The notes: generated from the sequence alone by a model not told the origin. Counted from the whole stretch's first letter, positions 24,964 through 37,529 are shown. The stretch is DNA of 63,577 nucleotides, filler included, from Collodictyon triciliatum (GCA_043381765.1; 47 parts of 47 records of this genome joined end to end with filler, not necessarily neighbours in it), one strand, 5' to 3'. Numbers and translations: made by a program.

Positions 24964-24979
24964 AAATGTATGTGAGCAT

Positions 24980-25123
24980 ATGGAGCCCGTGACGTTGATT
25001 GGTTTGTTGTTTACTGTTGTGTTAGTGGTAGAGCGGCTGTGGAAATATACAGTCCAACATTTGAAGCGCAGCAAGTGTTGCGGCAGCGAGGTAGAGTTTG
25101 AGAAGGGGAGTGATGATGTGTGA
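24980..25123 (+). CDS. 47-aa small membrane protein with KRSKCCG motif (virus-like)
   Basis: MEPVTLIGLLFTVVLVVERLWKYTVQHLKRSKCCGSEVEFEKGSDDV, starting 16 nt after the capsid-like stop. One TM helix, a basic patch and CC. Confidence 0.6.
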   Translation: MEPVTLIGLLFTVVLVVERLWKYTVQHLKRSKCCGSEVEFEKGSDDV

Positions 25124-25314
25124 TGCTACAATTTAGTATTGCGTACCAAATTGTATCGAGGGCGGAAGATGGATATATATGGAAGGTGTCCGTTGATTAA
25201 GGGTGGAAGGCGGCCGCATATGGAAGGTAAGCGTTAGTTGAGGGTGTAATGTTCTGTGGTCAAGGGCGGAAGACAGTATATAAAGGGCTAATTTGGCAGG
25301 GTTGAAAAGGCCGC

Positions 25315-25357
25315 TGTGGAAATTGAAACTATATATTATGGAGTTTCAATTTCCACA
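25315..25357. terminator. Perfect 16-bp inverted repeat (11-nt loop), candidate bidirectional 3'-end hairpin
   Basis: TGTGGAAATTGAAACT-atatattatgg-AGTTTCAATTTCCACA. The hairpin is certain; the terminator function is inferred. Confidence 0.45.
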
Positions 25358-25803
25358 ATTTGTTTATTGAAAATCGGTGACATTAACAAAATAGACGTCT
25401 ACTTATAGATTTTTAGCATTTCATTAAATAATTGTACTTGCCTACCTAATCTTTCTTTGAATATATGGCTCATTTGTTGTTTATTTGCAGTTCGTGTGGA
25501 TCTAAATGTTTGTTATTCATGAAATATTTTTCATATGTAAAAAAAAAAAAAGAGTCCCGCATAACCTATTTGTAAAAAAATAAATATGATATACATACCT
25601 GATTGATTTTACCTCAACAAAATTATGCATCCCGCCGACTGGCGTTATGAACAATAAAGCTCTTGTATTTTTAAGGCAGATTATTAANNNNNNNNNNNNN
25701 NNNNNNNNNNNNNNNNNNNNNNNNNNNNNNNTTAATTAATTAANNNNNNNNNNNNNNNNNNNNNNNNNNNNNNNNNNNNNNNNNNNNAAGAAAAATTAAA
25801 TAG

Positions 25804-25870
<67 letters not shown>

Positions 25871-25908
25871 ACTTCATACATAATTGTAAAATATCTGACT
25901 ATGCATAC

Positions 25909-26842
25909 CAGCAGGATTCCCATTCAATAAATCTCGCAGCTTCCTGCAAGCTTCCTATTATTTGTTTTATTTTGGTATTTTGTATCGTTGAAACTAATTG
26001 ATAACTTTTCGTTCATCAAAAGCAGCATAAAATGTAAAGGCGGTACGCGAATACAAATTTAAAGTCCGTGCTGTAAGCGAGATACTAAAGCAAAATTTAA
26101 ATATATGCTATTTATCATAATTGCTAAGCGAGACTATGATTAACATAAAAAGATCCAAGTTAATAGATTTTAAAACCCAATGGGAAAAATTCAGATTATT
26201 CGAGATAAAGAGAAAAATGAAAAATATAAAAAAAATGACATTAAAGGGCAAAAAATTATGGAGAGAGAAGGAAAATATATTAAAAAAATAATGTTAGTGT
26301 ATAGAACTAACATACGTCCTCGAGCCGAAATTTTTCTTCCTTTGAAATCGGGTCGTGAGGAGTGTAATCACCCACCAGGGACTCTGCAATATCGTGAGCT
26401 AGAGCCATTTTGATGCATCTATCAAAAGAAAAGAAAACCAGCAATTTTTTTTACATGTTTGATGTTTGATTCAAAGCAACATTAAGATAAGTGTATATTG
26501 CTTCTCCACAATTTGGAACTATACCTTGTGCGGTCAATACTTGGATCTGTTATCAAAAAACCCAAAATAGCCATGCGGTACATATGGTCTGCAATTGACT
26601 CGGGCTTCTCAACGCCGCTTCTGACCCAACCAGTCCTTTTTGTAGTCTACATGCAGACACAAGATTCGTAGAAAGTTATTGTTTTGTTTTATGCTATTGT
26701 TGTTGCTGTTGTTGTTGCTGTTGTTTGTTTTTGTTGTTTGTTTTTGTTTTTTAATGAAAAAAAAACTAGTTAAAAGGTTAAATATTACCTTGAGTCGCCC
26801 GCAAATGCGGAGAAACTCGATTGTATTTGCTGGAGTTGACAT
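25909..26842 (-). CDS. HDDC2: HD domain-containing protein 2 (5'-deoxynucleotidase), 5' fragment
   Basis: Exons give [45 protein letters not shown]...[34 protein letters not shown]. Confidence 0.93.
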
Positions 26843-27161
26843 TCTTTGCTGGCTGGGAGTAAGAGGAAGTAACGCATAATTACAATTACAATTCCAATTC
26901 CAACAACAATAAATAGAATAATACAATCACAATAGTAAGAATAAGAATAGGAATAGGAATAGGAATAGGAATAGGAATAGGAATAGGAATAGGAATAGGA
27001 ATAGGAATAGGAATAGGAATAGGAATAGGAATAGGAATAGGAANNNNNNNNNNNNNNNNNNNNNNNNNNNNNNNNNNNNNNNNNNNNTTAATTAATTAAN
27101 NNNNNNNNNNNNNNNNNNNNNNNNNNNNNNNNNNNNNNNNNNNACACTACTGGTATGTTAA

Positions 27162-28368
27162 GGCCATTTACAACGAATTGAACACACTGGGCAATGTGGT
27201 CGTAAGAGATCTCGGACATCATGAAATGAAGGGACTGGATGCTCCGGAGCACCTTTACGAGGTTTTTGGATTGATCTTAATTTTATTATTACACTATAGC
27301 TTCTCTTATATAATGAAAACGGATGATATATATGATTAAAGAAATAACAATAGAATGAAACATTATCGAAAAGGCTGTGTAAATTTTTTTCAAACAAAAA
27401 TGACTTACTAAACTTCAACTGCGTTCATTCTCCACTGGGAAAAAAAGATAACATCGGAACTATTGAAGGAGAGAGTTCAATACTTTTCAGATGAGCTAAA
27501 TCAATCATCCAATCAAATGATTGATTTGAAGAATCCAGATACTGATACAAATAATGAGGTTACACTCAATTACATCAACCATACACTTGAATATGAGATG
27601 CGAATGCTACAGCAAAGTTGACAGAAACAGGAAAAAAAAATCTATACTCGCTGACAAATTTATGTTCACAATATCAGGATTCATATCAAATAAGATATGA
27701 AGATATCAAAATCAGCACAAAAGAACTTGGTTCAGGTTCTTATGGAACTGTGTATTTGGGAAGTATTGGAGAGAAGCAGGTAGCTGTAAAGAAATTCATC
27801 CGCCAGAAGATGCCAGAGCAGCAGCTATATTCTTTAATGTCAGAGGTCTTGACGATAAAGTAATTATTTTTTAAAATAATAGAGCATATAAGAATATAAA
27901 AAATGAATATTCTTTATTGGCAGCCCTGTAATTCTGTTATATAACCTCCTTGATATTGAGTAAAGCTGTGATTGTGAGATGCACTCATATATTTTTTGTT
28001 CTTGGTTTAATAATTTTTTTTTAAAAAAAAACAGAGACTTCCGACACGAGCACATTGTACAATTTCACGGTGTATGCCTGGAACAGCCCAACCTTTGCAT
28101 AGTTCTAGAGTACGCAAACTTTGGCAATCTGTCAAAATATCTAGAGAACAAAGCAGTAAGAACCCATATGTGACAAAAAGGACAATAAAACATTTTGAAA
28201 TCATATGTTACATACACATTCTGATTCATAAATGGTTTTTGAATACAGAACATTATGAACTTGGATAAACAAAAGACCATATTACTGCACGTATCAAGTG
28301 CCATGCGCTATCTGCACTCAAGAGAAAGACCCATTTTCCACAGAGACTTGAAAAGTGATAATGTTCTG
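27162..28368 (+). CDS. Class III nucleotide cyclase + TKL protein kinase fusion, internal fragment
   Basis: DLGHHEMKGLDAPEHLYE (cyclase C-terminus), then ELGSGSYGTVY..VAVKKFIRQKM..HEHIVQFHGVCLEQPNLCIVLEY..YLHS...IFHRDLKSDNVL. Confidence 0.88.
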
Positions 28369-28501
28369 GTACTATAAATCATTCCAGTTTTTCTCTATGN
28401 NNNNNNNNNNNNNNNNNNNNNNNNNNNNNNNNNNNNNNNNNNNTTAATTAATTAANNNNNNNNNNNNNNNNNNNNNNNNNNNNNNNNNNNNNNNNNNNNT
28501 C

Positions 28502-28985
28502 TCAGCCATCCTCGGAGCTGCCGGTGTTGAGGTCGACTCTGGCCGCCTTGACGCTCTGATCTCTGAGCTGACTGGCAAGGTAAGCACGAAAGGGGGAGCG
28601 AAGGACAAGCAGACACCAACCGCCTTTCGTTCTTTATTTCTACAGAGGCCTCTGTCTCACGTCGGTCTTTGACTACACAGAACCTCGACGAAGTGATTGC
28701 CTCTGGACGCAGCAAGCTGTCCTCTGTTCCCACCGGAGGAGCCGCTGGTGCCGCCCCCTCTGCTGGAGCCGCGGCCCCGGCTGCCGCTGCCAGCTCGGCC
28801 GCCGCCAAGGAGGAGCCGAAGAAGGAAGAGAAGAAGAAGGAGGAGCCCGAAGAAGACGAAGTGAGTATATAGGAACTTTATATGGAACAGACATACGTAA
28901 CAAGAGGAAGCATTTAGGTGAGAAGACTGTGTACTCAAGAGGTTGTATTTTTCACTAGGACATGGGCTTCGGTTTGTTCGACTAA
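28502..28985 (+). CDS. RPLP2: 60S acidic ribosomal protein P2 (5' truncated, 3 exons)
   Basis: AILGAAGVEVDSGRLDALISELTGK-NLDEVIASGRSKLSSVP...EEPEEDE-DMGFGLFD*. Confidence 0.97.
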
Positions 28986-29134
28986 GCTTGTTGCCTTCAC
29001 CCTGGTACATAGTCGCTCTGATAAATTCTCTCGTCCTCTCTAGCCAAGTGTCTCCCCCTCCTCTTGCCCGCTTTCTAGGCTACACAATCTCTTTTGTCTC
29101 CGAGTGTTTCAGACGACATCCACACGCCTGGGTT

Positions 29135-29755
29135 TTATTGTGTCGACATTTTGACTGCTCTATCCCTTCGTATTGTCTCAATTCGCAGCATGACATGTGT
29201 CGCGCTTGCGAGGGATAGCCAGACAGCGCACGCAGCACGAAGACCTATGACGAGAATGCTTATGTCAAGGACAACGATACAGTGATATCCACTTGGAACA
29301 ACTAGTTACCTTGCCACTCACAAAAGCGAGCAAGCATGTCCCAAAGCTCACGAGTCCCCATCCTGTTCCAGAAGATTCGGGCATAACTTAGGATATCGTC
29401 TCCTATGTGTGAAAGAACATGCAACACGTACCCAAAGCCGAGCAGATTCGCGGTCATCATGAGGAAGATGCAGAGACTCCCACCCAAGACGCGGAAGGGG
29501 TGTGTGCCAAAAACAGGGAACGACTGTGCCAACTGCGTCAGTTGAAAATGCCGTCAGTTCGGAGAGTGGTTGGACTGATTGCAAACAAAGCCGCGTAGTA
29601 GGGCGAGGCAGATACCTTTGCAGCGAGAATCTCTGGGATCAAGAAGAGACAGACAAGGAAGCTCCAAGCAATTAGGCGGAACTCAAGGTCATGCCACAAC
29701 CCAACAAAGCCGAAGATCACCCAAATATTGAGCCATTTGTAGCGCGACCCGCCCA
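29135..29755 (-). CDS. GUP1: GUP1/HHAT-like MBOAT acyltransferase, C-terminal fragment
   Basis: GGSRYKWLNIWVIFGFVGLWHDLEFRLIAWSFLVCLFLIPE and LMMTANLLGFG motifs. Confidence 0.85.
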
Positions 29756-29865
29756 NNNNNNNNNNNNNNNNNNNNNNNNNNNNNNNNNNNNNNNNNNNNT
29801 TAATTAATTAANNNNNNNNNNNNNNNNNNNNNNNNNNNNNNNNNNNNNNNNNNNNAAAAAATAGA

Positions 29866-30992
29866 AGATCCTTATCAGAGACTATCCTTTCCACAGTTGG
29901 TATCGAGAGTCCAAGGAGCCGACCTGTAATTATTCACACAATAATGATTTTTTATATGGTTCCTTTCAATTCTCTATTCAAAAATCTGATATACCCAACG
30001 TTTACTTTTAAATCTCTGTAGATTGCTTCACAGTCAGACTCTTTGAGTCTCATAACGAGATGGGACTCTACCGGGTCGATGCTAGCTGTGTTGATAAATT
30101 CTAAGTGGGCAGGAGACGTCAAACTCATCTACTCGACATTCAATCATGAACATGGGTTGTTGCTGGATATTGGAACTGTGGGCTTTCAATATTAAGAAGC
30201 ACAGAGCGACTCACTCATGAATCATATCGATTTCAACTATATTTCCATGTTTTCTTGTTCTTCTCATTGTGATATTTCTTCTTAAATGTAACAAAGCCGT
30301 TGAGAGACTCATTGATGAGTTCGAAAACAGTTTGAAGCTAAAATTTCCGCACTTCTCAGAAACTCTGTGGATTATCCCAGCGACCCCCTGGAGGCTTATT
30401 CTGAATGGTTAATCACTGGATATTACAGCCCATATCACCAATATACATATAACCAATATACATATAACCAACATACATATAGCCAATATATATATTGAGA
30501 CTCATATTGCGAACATCATTCGCCTTATGGTAAAAAGGTTTATTCATGATATGAAATGGAGCAACGACGGCTTATTCTTGGGATTAATAACAAGCGAAGG
30601 TATTGACTGTTACATACTTTCATAGAGTGCAATCTAGGCAACCTATTTCCTGAAGTTCGATTTCACTACTAGACATGTCTTTGCATCGAATAAATGATTT
30701 TTTTTAACTGCAACATCTTTCATACCCACAGGCCAGGTATCTATCTTATCTCGTCTTGGGCATCCGCTGGTCATAGCCTCTGATGGAACAACTCCGAAGT
30801 ACTTGTTGAGAATCTTACCTCCTTTGATTGAAAGTCGTAAGCAGGCGGAAACATCTCAAGTAAGTAATCCTCATATGGTGAGATATGAATGCGGCTTCGT
30901 TTTAACATATGTTGAAATAGTGTTCTTTGGCTTTTCATTCAAGTTTACCACAAATCCTTTTCTGCAACGGGTCCTTTGTCTCCGTTTATCAG
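29866..30992 (+). CDS. CPLANE1: CPLANE1/JBTS17-like beta-propeller fragment
   Basis: Three motifs in the order recalled for CPLANE1: RWDSTGSMLAVLINSK, FIHDMKWSNDGLFLGLITSEGQVSILSRLGHPL...LPPLI, and CSLAFHSSLPQILFCNGSFVSVYQ. Confidence 0.65.
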
Positions 30993-31211
30993 GTTTCTGA
31001 TGTTTTCAATCACAAAAATTTCTGTGCCGAAAAAAAAAAATCAAAAAATCAAAAAATCAAAAAATCAAAAAATCAAAAAATCAAAAAATCAAAAAATCAA
31101 AAAATCAAAAANNNNNNNNNNNNNNNNNNNNNNNNNNNNNNNNNNNNNNNNNNNNTTAATTAATTAANNNNNNNNNNNNNNNNNNNNNNNNNNNNNNNNN
31201 NNNNNNNNNNN

Positions 31212-31299
<88 letters not shown>

Positions 31300-31316
31300 G
31301 ATGTTTTATCGCGTAG

Positions 31317-32311
31317 GAAGTCCACCGCTACCGCTACCCCGTTATGACACATGGGTAAAAATGAGATGGGATACAGAGAATTTATACGTCGGGGCTCATA
31401 TGCAGGAGACTCAGCTATGGGCAAATCAGACAGAGCGTGATTCAGTCAGTAAGTTTCCAAATAATCCATTTTTCACCGGATTTTTCTCTTACTTTTTATC
31501 TGATACTTTTGGAATATAATGACGTATGGTAAGTGAATGTTATTTTAAATAGTTTATTTGGACAATGACTTTGAAATGTTTGTGGATCCTGACGGTGATA
31601 ATCACTTGTAAGCAACCCAAGTATTAGAATTGAAGCCCCGTATAGAACCATCATACTTAATGACACGATATTGCGCCAAATTTTAGATTATGTTGCAGTT
31701 GTAATATATAACTGCCCATAAATTCATGTACTATATTTGCGTTAGATACAAAGAGTTCGAGGTCAACGCAATAAATACAGTTTGGGTATGACACCTGAAG
31801 TTCGCATATATTTTCAATTTAGAACGGCATGTGTAAATATGCCAGAAAATAAATAGTTAATCACTCTCCAAAATGTCGTAATCAATGGACAGAAGATTTG
31901 TAAATTGGATTTTTTTTCTTTTTGCTTCAGTTAATTTGCTCCCTTTTTTATTTTAATTGAATCAACCATTCACATCTTGTTTCAACTAAGCTCCTAACTT
32001 TGTTATTTTCGTCTTAATAGGATCTCGAAATGAACAAACCATACCGCGATGGGGGAGTTAATAATAACAGGTTCCTTAGAAATCTTTTCTGCTTCATTAC
32101 ATACTCAGTTGTTTTTTTTATCAAACATAAGTTTTTTATTGTTAGTCTGAAACTCTGAAATCTTGAACCATGATATAAAGCTACACTATTGAAGGATTAG
32201 AGACAGCAGTATATTCTGATGGAGTCGCAAACGACCCATCTGTTCCAGTCACATTTTGGAGCTTTGAAGGCAAATTTCCTTTGAGTCAGCTCGCAATTAA
32301 CTCCAACCCTG
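31317..32311 (+). CDS. Carbohydrate-binding family 9-like (DOMON-like) protein fragment, 5 exons
   Basis: [81 protein letters not shown]. Confidence 0.88.
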
Positions 32312-33922
32312 GTTTGTTAAAATCTTTTAATATTTAAGCTCTTTTTTCTTTTTCTTTTTCTTCTTCTTCTTCTTCTTTTTCTTCTTCTTTTTCTTCTTCT
32401 TTTTCTTCTTCTTTTTCTTCTTCTTTTTCTTCTTCTTTTTCTTCTTCTTTTTCTTCTTCTTTTTCTNNNNNNNNNNNNNNNNNNNNNNNNNNNNNNNNNN
32501 NNNNNNNNNNTTAATTAATTAANNNNNNNNNNNNNNNNNNNNNNNNNNNNNNNNNNNNNNNNNNNNAAAATAAAAGAATACAATTTCCATATCACACTCA
32601 AAGATTTTAGGCACATCTACGGTTGAATGTATGAGTGATATATTATTTTTTTAAGCTGCGAATGGAGAAGGAAGCTTAAAAAGAAAAACCAAAACCAAAA
32701 CCAATAACCAAAAAACCAAAACAACCAGAATTTTTTTTCACAGTTTTTATTCCTATGACTAAGACAATTGCTTATGGAATAATTTTTGCATTCTGATTCA
32801 TCCAAAAAAGCGTACTAGCATTACGATGTGGCATGATTTACTGACATGACAACACACAAAACTGAATGCTTAGGATACCCTGTTCGCAAAGCAACGAAAT
32901 TCCAATGCAAAAGCTGCCAGAAGCCGGTGAATCGCGATGATTGGAACGCGTATGTGCGTGTGTCGAAATCGTGTCCGTGGTGCTTGTCTCCACAAAACCC
33001 CAGCTACTGAGTCAAAGGTATACGGGGCCAAAATAAACTGAAAGAAAGAGCAAGAGATGAATCGGATTATCATGAGGGGATACTATGCGAAAGCACATAA
33101 GATGATAATCAGGGCTCTATAAGCGAACACAAATATTTTCTCTATTTTCCTTTATTTCTCTTGTATCTTCATTCATTACATTCGCGGTTGTTGGCGGCAA
33201 TATCCTTTTAATATTGGAGGGTTTGAGGCCATAAGAATGGCAAAGAAAGTTTATAGACCAATCGGAAACAATATTTCAAGTCTCCATTGAGCCTTTTTGA
33301 CGACATATACCACGCAAAAGATATGCCATAGCAAATAGAAAAGGGGAAATCTTGGTTTTTTATTGTCAGACTTTCACTCGCCGGAAAGTTCAATTCGCCA
33401 TATTCCAGAACCCTCAAGGATGGTAGCTCACTTGCTGGGACGCTTTTGATAACAATTTTAAATACTTTTACAAATAAAAACAAAATGATATGATTGCAAT
33501 ATCGGACCTGCAATCACACACAAAACATCGCTTGTGAAGCGCAATCGTACTTTGGAATGGAAAATCTGTTGTTCAGAGATGCTTCTTCTTCCCTCGCCCT
33601 TTTGCATCGACAAACACATACTAAATATATACAATCCAATCATTTTTTTCTCATAGTGTGATACAAATCAACAGCATTTAAACAACAGCTGACTCCCAAC
33701 CCCAGAATATGTGACATTGATTTAAGAAATAAAGAAATAAAGAAATAAAGAAATAAAGAAATAAAGAAATAAAGAAATAAAGAAATAAAGAAATAAAGAA
33801 ATAAAGAAATAAAGAAATAAANNNNNNNNNNNNNNNNNNNNNNNNNNNNNNNNNNNNNNNNNNNNTTAATTAATTAANNNNNNNNNNNNNNNNNNNNNNN
33901 NNNNNNNNNNNNNNNNNNNNNT

Positions 33923-33962
<40 letters not shown>

Positions 33963-33988
33963 TTTTTCTTTCTTTTTTTCTTTTTTTC

Positions 33989-34019
<31 letters not shown>

Positions 34020-34274
34020 TATATTTTTTTATATTTCTTTTTCTTTTCTATTCCAGAAAAAACTGAGGGCATTGAAATATATGCAATTTTATTTTTATTG
34101 ATTTTTTTTTTAAAAGAAAAAGAGTACCCATTAATCTCTTGATTAATTTCATGAAGGAAAAAGGAGACGAAGATAACGATACAGATAAAAATATACAAGT
34201 AAGATGGTATCCTATTTTGAAATTGCGATTCAACTGTCTTGTTTACTCATTTCAAATTCATACCTGTGGCGTAG

Positions 34275-34939
34275 GTTTCGGTCCTTTCCGTAGCCAATAG
34301 TCTTGGTCGATTAGTAATCGGAGGATTTTCTGACTGGGCCGTGAAAGTTTGGTTGAACGTTCCCCGCATATCTTATCTCTACATTAGCATCACATTTGCT
34401 GCCGTTGCACAAGTATGGCATAGCTACATTTAATATTTATAATACAGAAGTAATAGAGCAGAGGTTACTCCCTATGACGAATTGTCTTTTACCCTCGGTA
34501 CTCCATTCATTTTATATCAGTGTCTTTTCTAAAATATCAACTACACGAAGGCTGTCCTCGCGTTCTCAGGAAACATAGATCCAATCGATGTCACTGGACC
34601 AACCGTCTTGAGTGGTATGGCGTATGGAAGCGTCCTTGTGTTGTCCACCACTGTTCTCAGGTATCACTAACGATTGTGTCGTGGCAATATATCTATTATT
34701 TTCTTCCTGTCTGAATATAATGATGATAGTAAGAAAACAGAAATCTAAGGGAATAAAATATAAAAATCGCAGTAACAAAAATAAAATTAAAATTATTTGT
34801 GACACAGCGAAGAGTTTGGCACAAAGTACATGGGGACAAACTATGGAATGTTGGTCATCGGTGTGGCTGGAGGTGGTCAGGTTTTGAATCTCGCATTTGG
34901 TATTCTTTACGATGAAGAGGCAGACAAACAATCTGAGGG
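34275..34939 (+). CDS. MFS transporter (nodulin-like/OFA family) fragment
   Basis: VSVLSVANSLGRLVIGGFSD, LSGMAYGSVLVLSTTVLSEEFGTKYMGTNYGML, and GILYDEEA. Confidence 0.85.
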
Positions 34940-36453
34940 TATGAAATATTTTTTCTCCGACTTAATTCAACTCAGATTTTCTCTTTTCAGTCCATTTATA
35001 ATAAAGTACTCATGAAAATGATTCGTCTCACTTTTTCCTCTTTTCTTTTCTTTTCTTTTCTTTTCTTTTCTTTTCTTATCTTATCTTTTCTTTTCTTTTC
35101 TTTTCTTTTCTTTTCTTTTCTTTTCTTTTCTTTTCTTTTCTTTTCTTTTCTTTTCTTTTCTTTTCTTTTCTTTTCTTNNNNNNNNNNNNNNNNNNNNNNN
35201 NNNNNNNNNNNNNNNNNNNNNTTAATTAATTAANNNNNNNNNNNNNNNNNNNNNNNNNNNNNNNNNNNNNNNNNNNNTCACTTCTCTTTTCACCATCCTT
35301 TTCGACAGCTTGCGCCATCAAAGCAGTATTCCCCCTCCTCCATCCAATCAATATCACCCGTCCCTTTTTTCTCATGCTCGCGGGACACTATCACGCGTCC
35401 CCAAAAGAAATCCATGCGTCTCTTATCAAGCCTCAAGGACTTCTCTTTTCCCTTTTTTCTTTTTTTTTTATCCCCGTTTCTCTTTTTCTATCTCCCACAC
35501 ATCACCACCTACTTTGGAACTACTTGCCTGATGGTTGAATGAAAGATTGTTGAGACGGGCTCAACAGCTACGACTTTTAGAATAAAAAAAATGTTCTTTT
35601 AAATTCCTAAACCCGCCTATTAACTAAATTTCTCTTCCAGTTTAATTTGAGTTTATAAATGGAAAAAATAAGGGTAATTGTGTTTCATTAGAATGAGAGC
35701 ATATTTTGCTTGGTCTCACGAGGTTCTGTCGGCGGTTGTGGATGACGACTAATGAATCTGTCTAAACCTCGCAACATTCCTTGAGTTCCATACTGCCATA
35801 ATGGTAGATATCAATTGCATGAACAATATATTAAGGAGATAGAAAAAGAAATTACAAGCTCCATGAATTTGCAATTGAGTCATGCTTTCATTTAATATGA
35901 TAGTAAATTTGAGGAATCGATATAGTGTATAATATTAAAATAAATAGGAATAATTAAGAATAAGAACAAATAAAATGCCTGACATTAGCCTTGCTTCCAT
36001 TTGCGGGCCATGCGAAGATCCTAATTGGGTGTTTCATAACTAAAAAGGTGTATGTTATTGAAGTCATCGGTTTCTGCACACATAAATTCACGCTCCATTG
36101 CTGCAAAAAAAAAATAGAAAGAGGTCGCAATAAACTAGCTGATAAACTCCTAACAAAGAGTCATTCTTAAGTGTTTCGATTGTTGTTTTATTTTTGCTGA
36201 TAAATAATTGTTTTGTTTGAATTTTTCATCTTTTTCATCATCTGACGTTGATTTTCTTTTTTCTTTTTTACTGACGGAGTACCCCTGCTTCGCATCGGGA
36301 ATGAGAAAAGAAAAAATTGAAAAAGGAAAAGAAAAAAAGGAAAGATGAATGAATCTGAGTAATTAATACTGAGTATTAAAATCATACTTATCATGCTGCA
36401 GGTGGGTCGGTGGCTTGTGCTCGGTAGGTCTTTTTATTCCCGTTTATTGTTGC

Positions 36454-36529
<76 letters not shown>

Positions 36530-37154
36530 NNNNNNNNNNNNNNNNNNNNNNNNNNNNNNNNNNNNNNNNNNNNTTAATTAATTAANNNNNNNNNNNNNNN
36601 NNNNNNNNNNNNNNNNNNNNNNNNNNNNNAAAAACAAAAACAAAAACAAAAACAAAAACAAAAACAAAAACAAAAACAAAAACAAAAACAAAAACAAAAA
36701 CAAAAACAAAAACAAAAGAGCTTCAGAAACGGATAAAGTACATCACAAGAAGGCAAATACAAAGAGCTTTATAATTGAGGTAGGTTAATGATATCTTTTT
36801 ATTCCATATACCTAGAATAAAAAGATATCATTTAAAAAAATATGACCCACTTTTGTCACTAATGTCTTGAGGTATTCATAATATTTCATTCTTACTCGCC
36901 CTTTGCAAGGCACATCATGCAAAAGTTCTTTCAGACATCTAATGTATAAGTAAAATAATCAAGTATAATTTGCAAGAAAAACCTCGATAATGGACGACAG
37001 AATTACCATTTCTCGGTATGATTATTTGTTTAAAGCAATATGGTCCCCAATAAAAAATGAAGCGATACCCCTCTTATACATTTATTTGAATAAAGTGAAT
37101 ACACAAATAATATACTATCTTACTGAACCTCATTTTATGAAAACTAATAATACA

Positions 37155-37523
37155 TTTTTTATTTTATTTATTCTTCCTTTCAATTTTGAGCAGGATGGTG
37201 GAGATGCTGGCTTTGGTTCGCTAGCCATCGTTTGCATGGACGCTAATTGGTGGCCGGGTGGCGGAGAAGTAGTCGGTAATCAGGAATTGCATCCTGCGGT
37301 TTGGCCTGTAGCCTGGGTCCTGTGCTTGCATGAGAGATACAAGGCGAGGTTTAACATCTTTCTCAGCCTCTTTCCACGTGTCTCTTCTCACGGGGTCTGA
37401 GTAGTAGAGAACGTGCAGGTGGCGAAGAAGGCTATTGAGGAAAGAGATTTGTATGATGTCATTCAGCCTATTATCTGGAATGGGTGGTTAATTGTTGACT
37501 ATTGTTATAAGGGAGTATATGCG
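37155..37523 (-). mobile_element. LINE family B 3' end (ORF2 C-terminus, short 3' UTR, A-rich tail)
   Basis: Encodes ..ISFLNSLLRHLHVLYYSDPVRRDTWKEAEKDVKPRLVSLMQAQDPGYRPNRRMQFLITDYFSATRPP..*; homologous to 38221-38580. Confidence 0.88.
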
Positions 37524-37529
37524 TGAGTA

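Noticed and set aside
25315-25357. CRISPR repeat (ATTGAAAC / GTTTCAAT ends)
   Set aside because: A single inverted pair in the wrong order for a repeat, and not iterated.
28580-28680. Intronic snoRNA in RPLP2 intron 1
   Set aside because: Short hairpins exist, but there are no convincing C/D or H boxes and the ACA overlaps the splice acceptor region.
33208-33513. BEACH/neurobeachin LamG-like exon
   Set aside because: Similarity is too weak and no consistent splice model was found.
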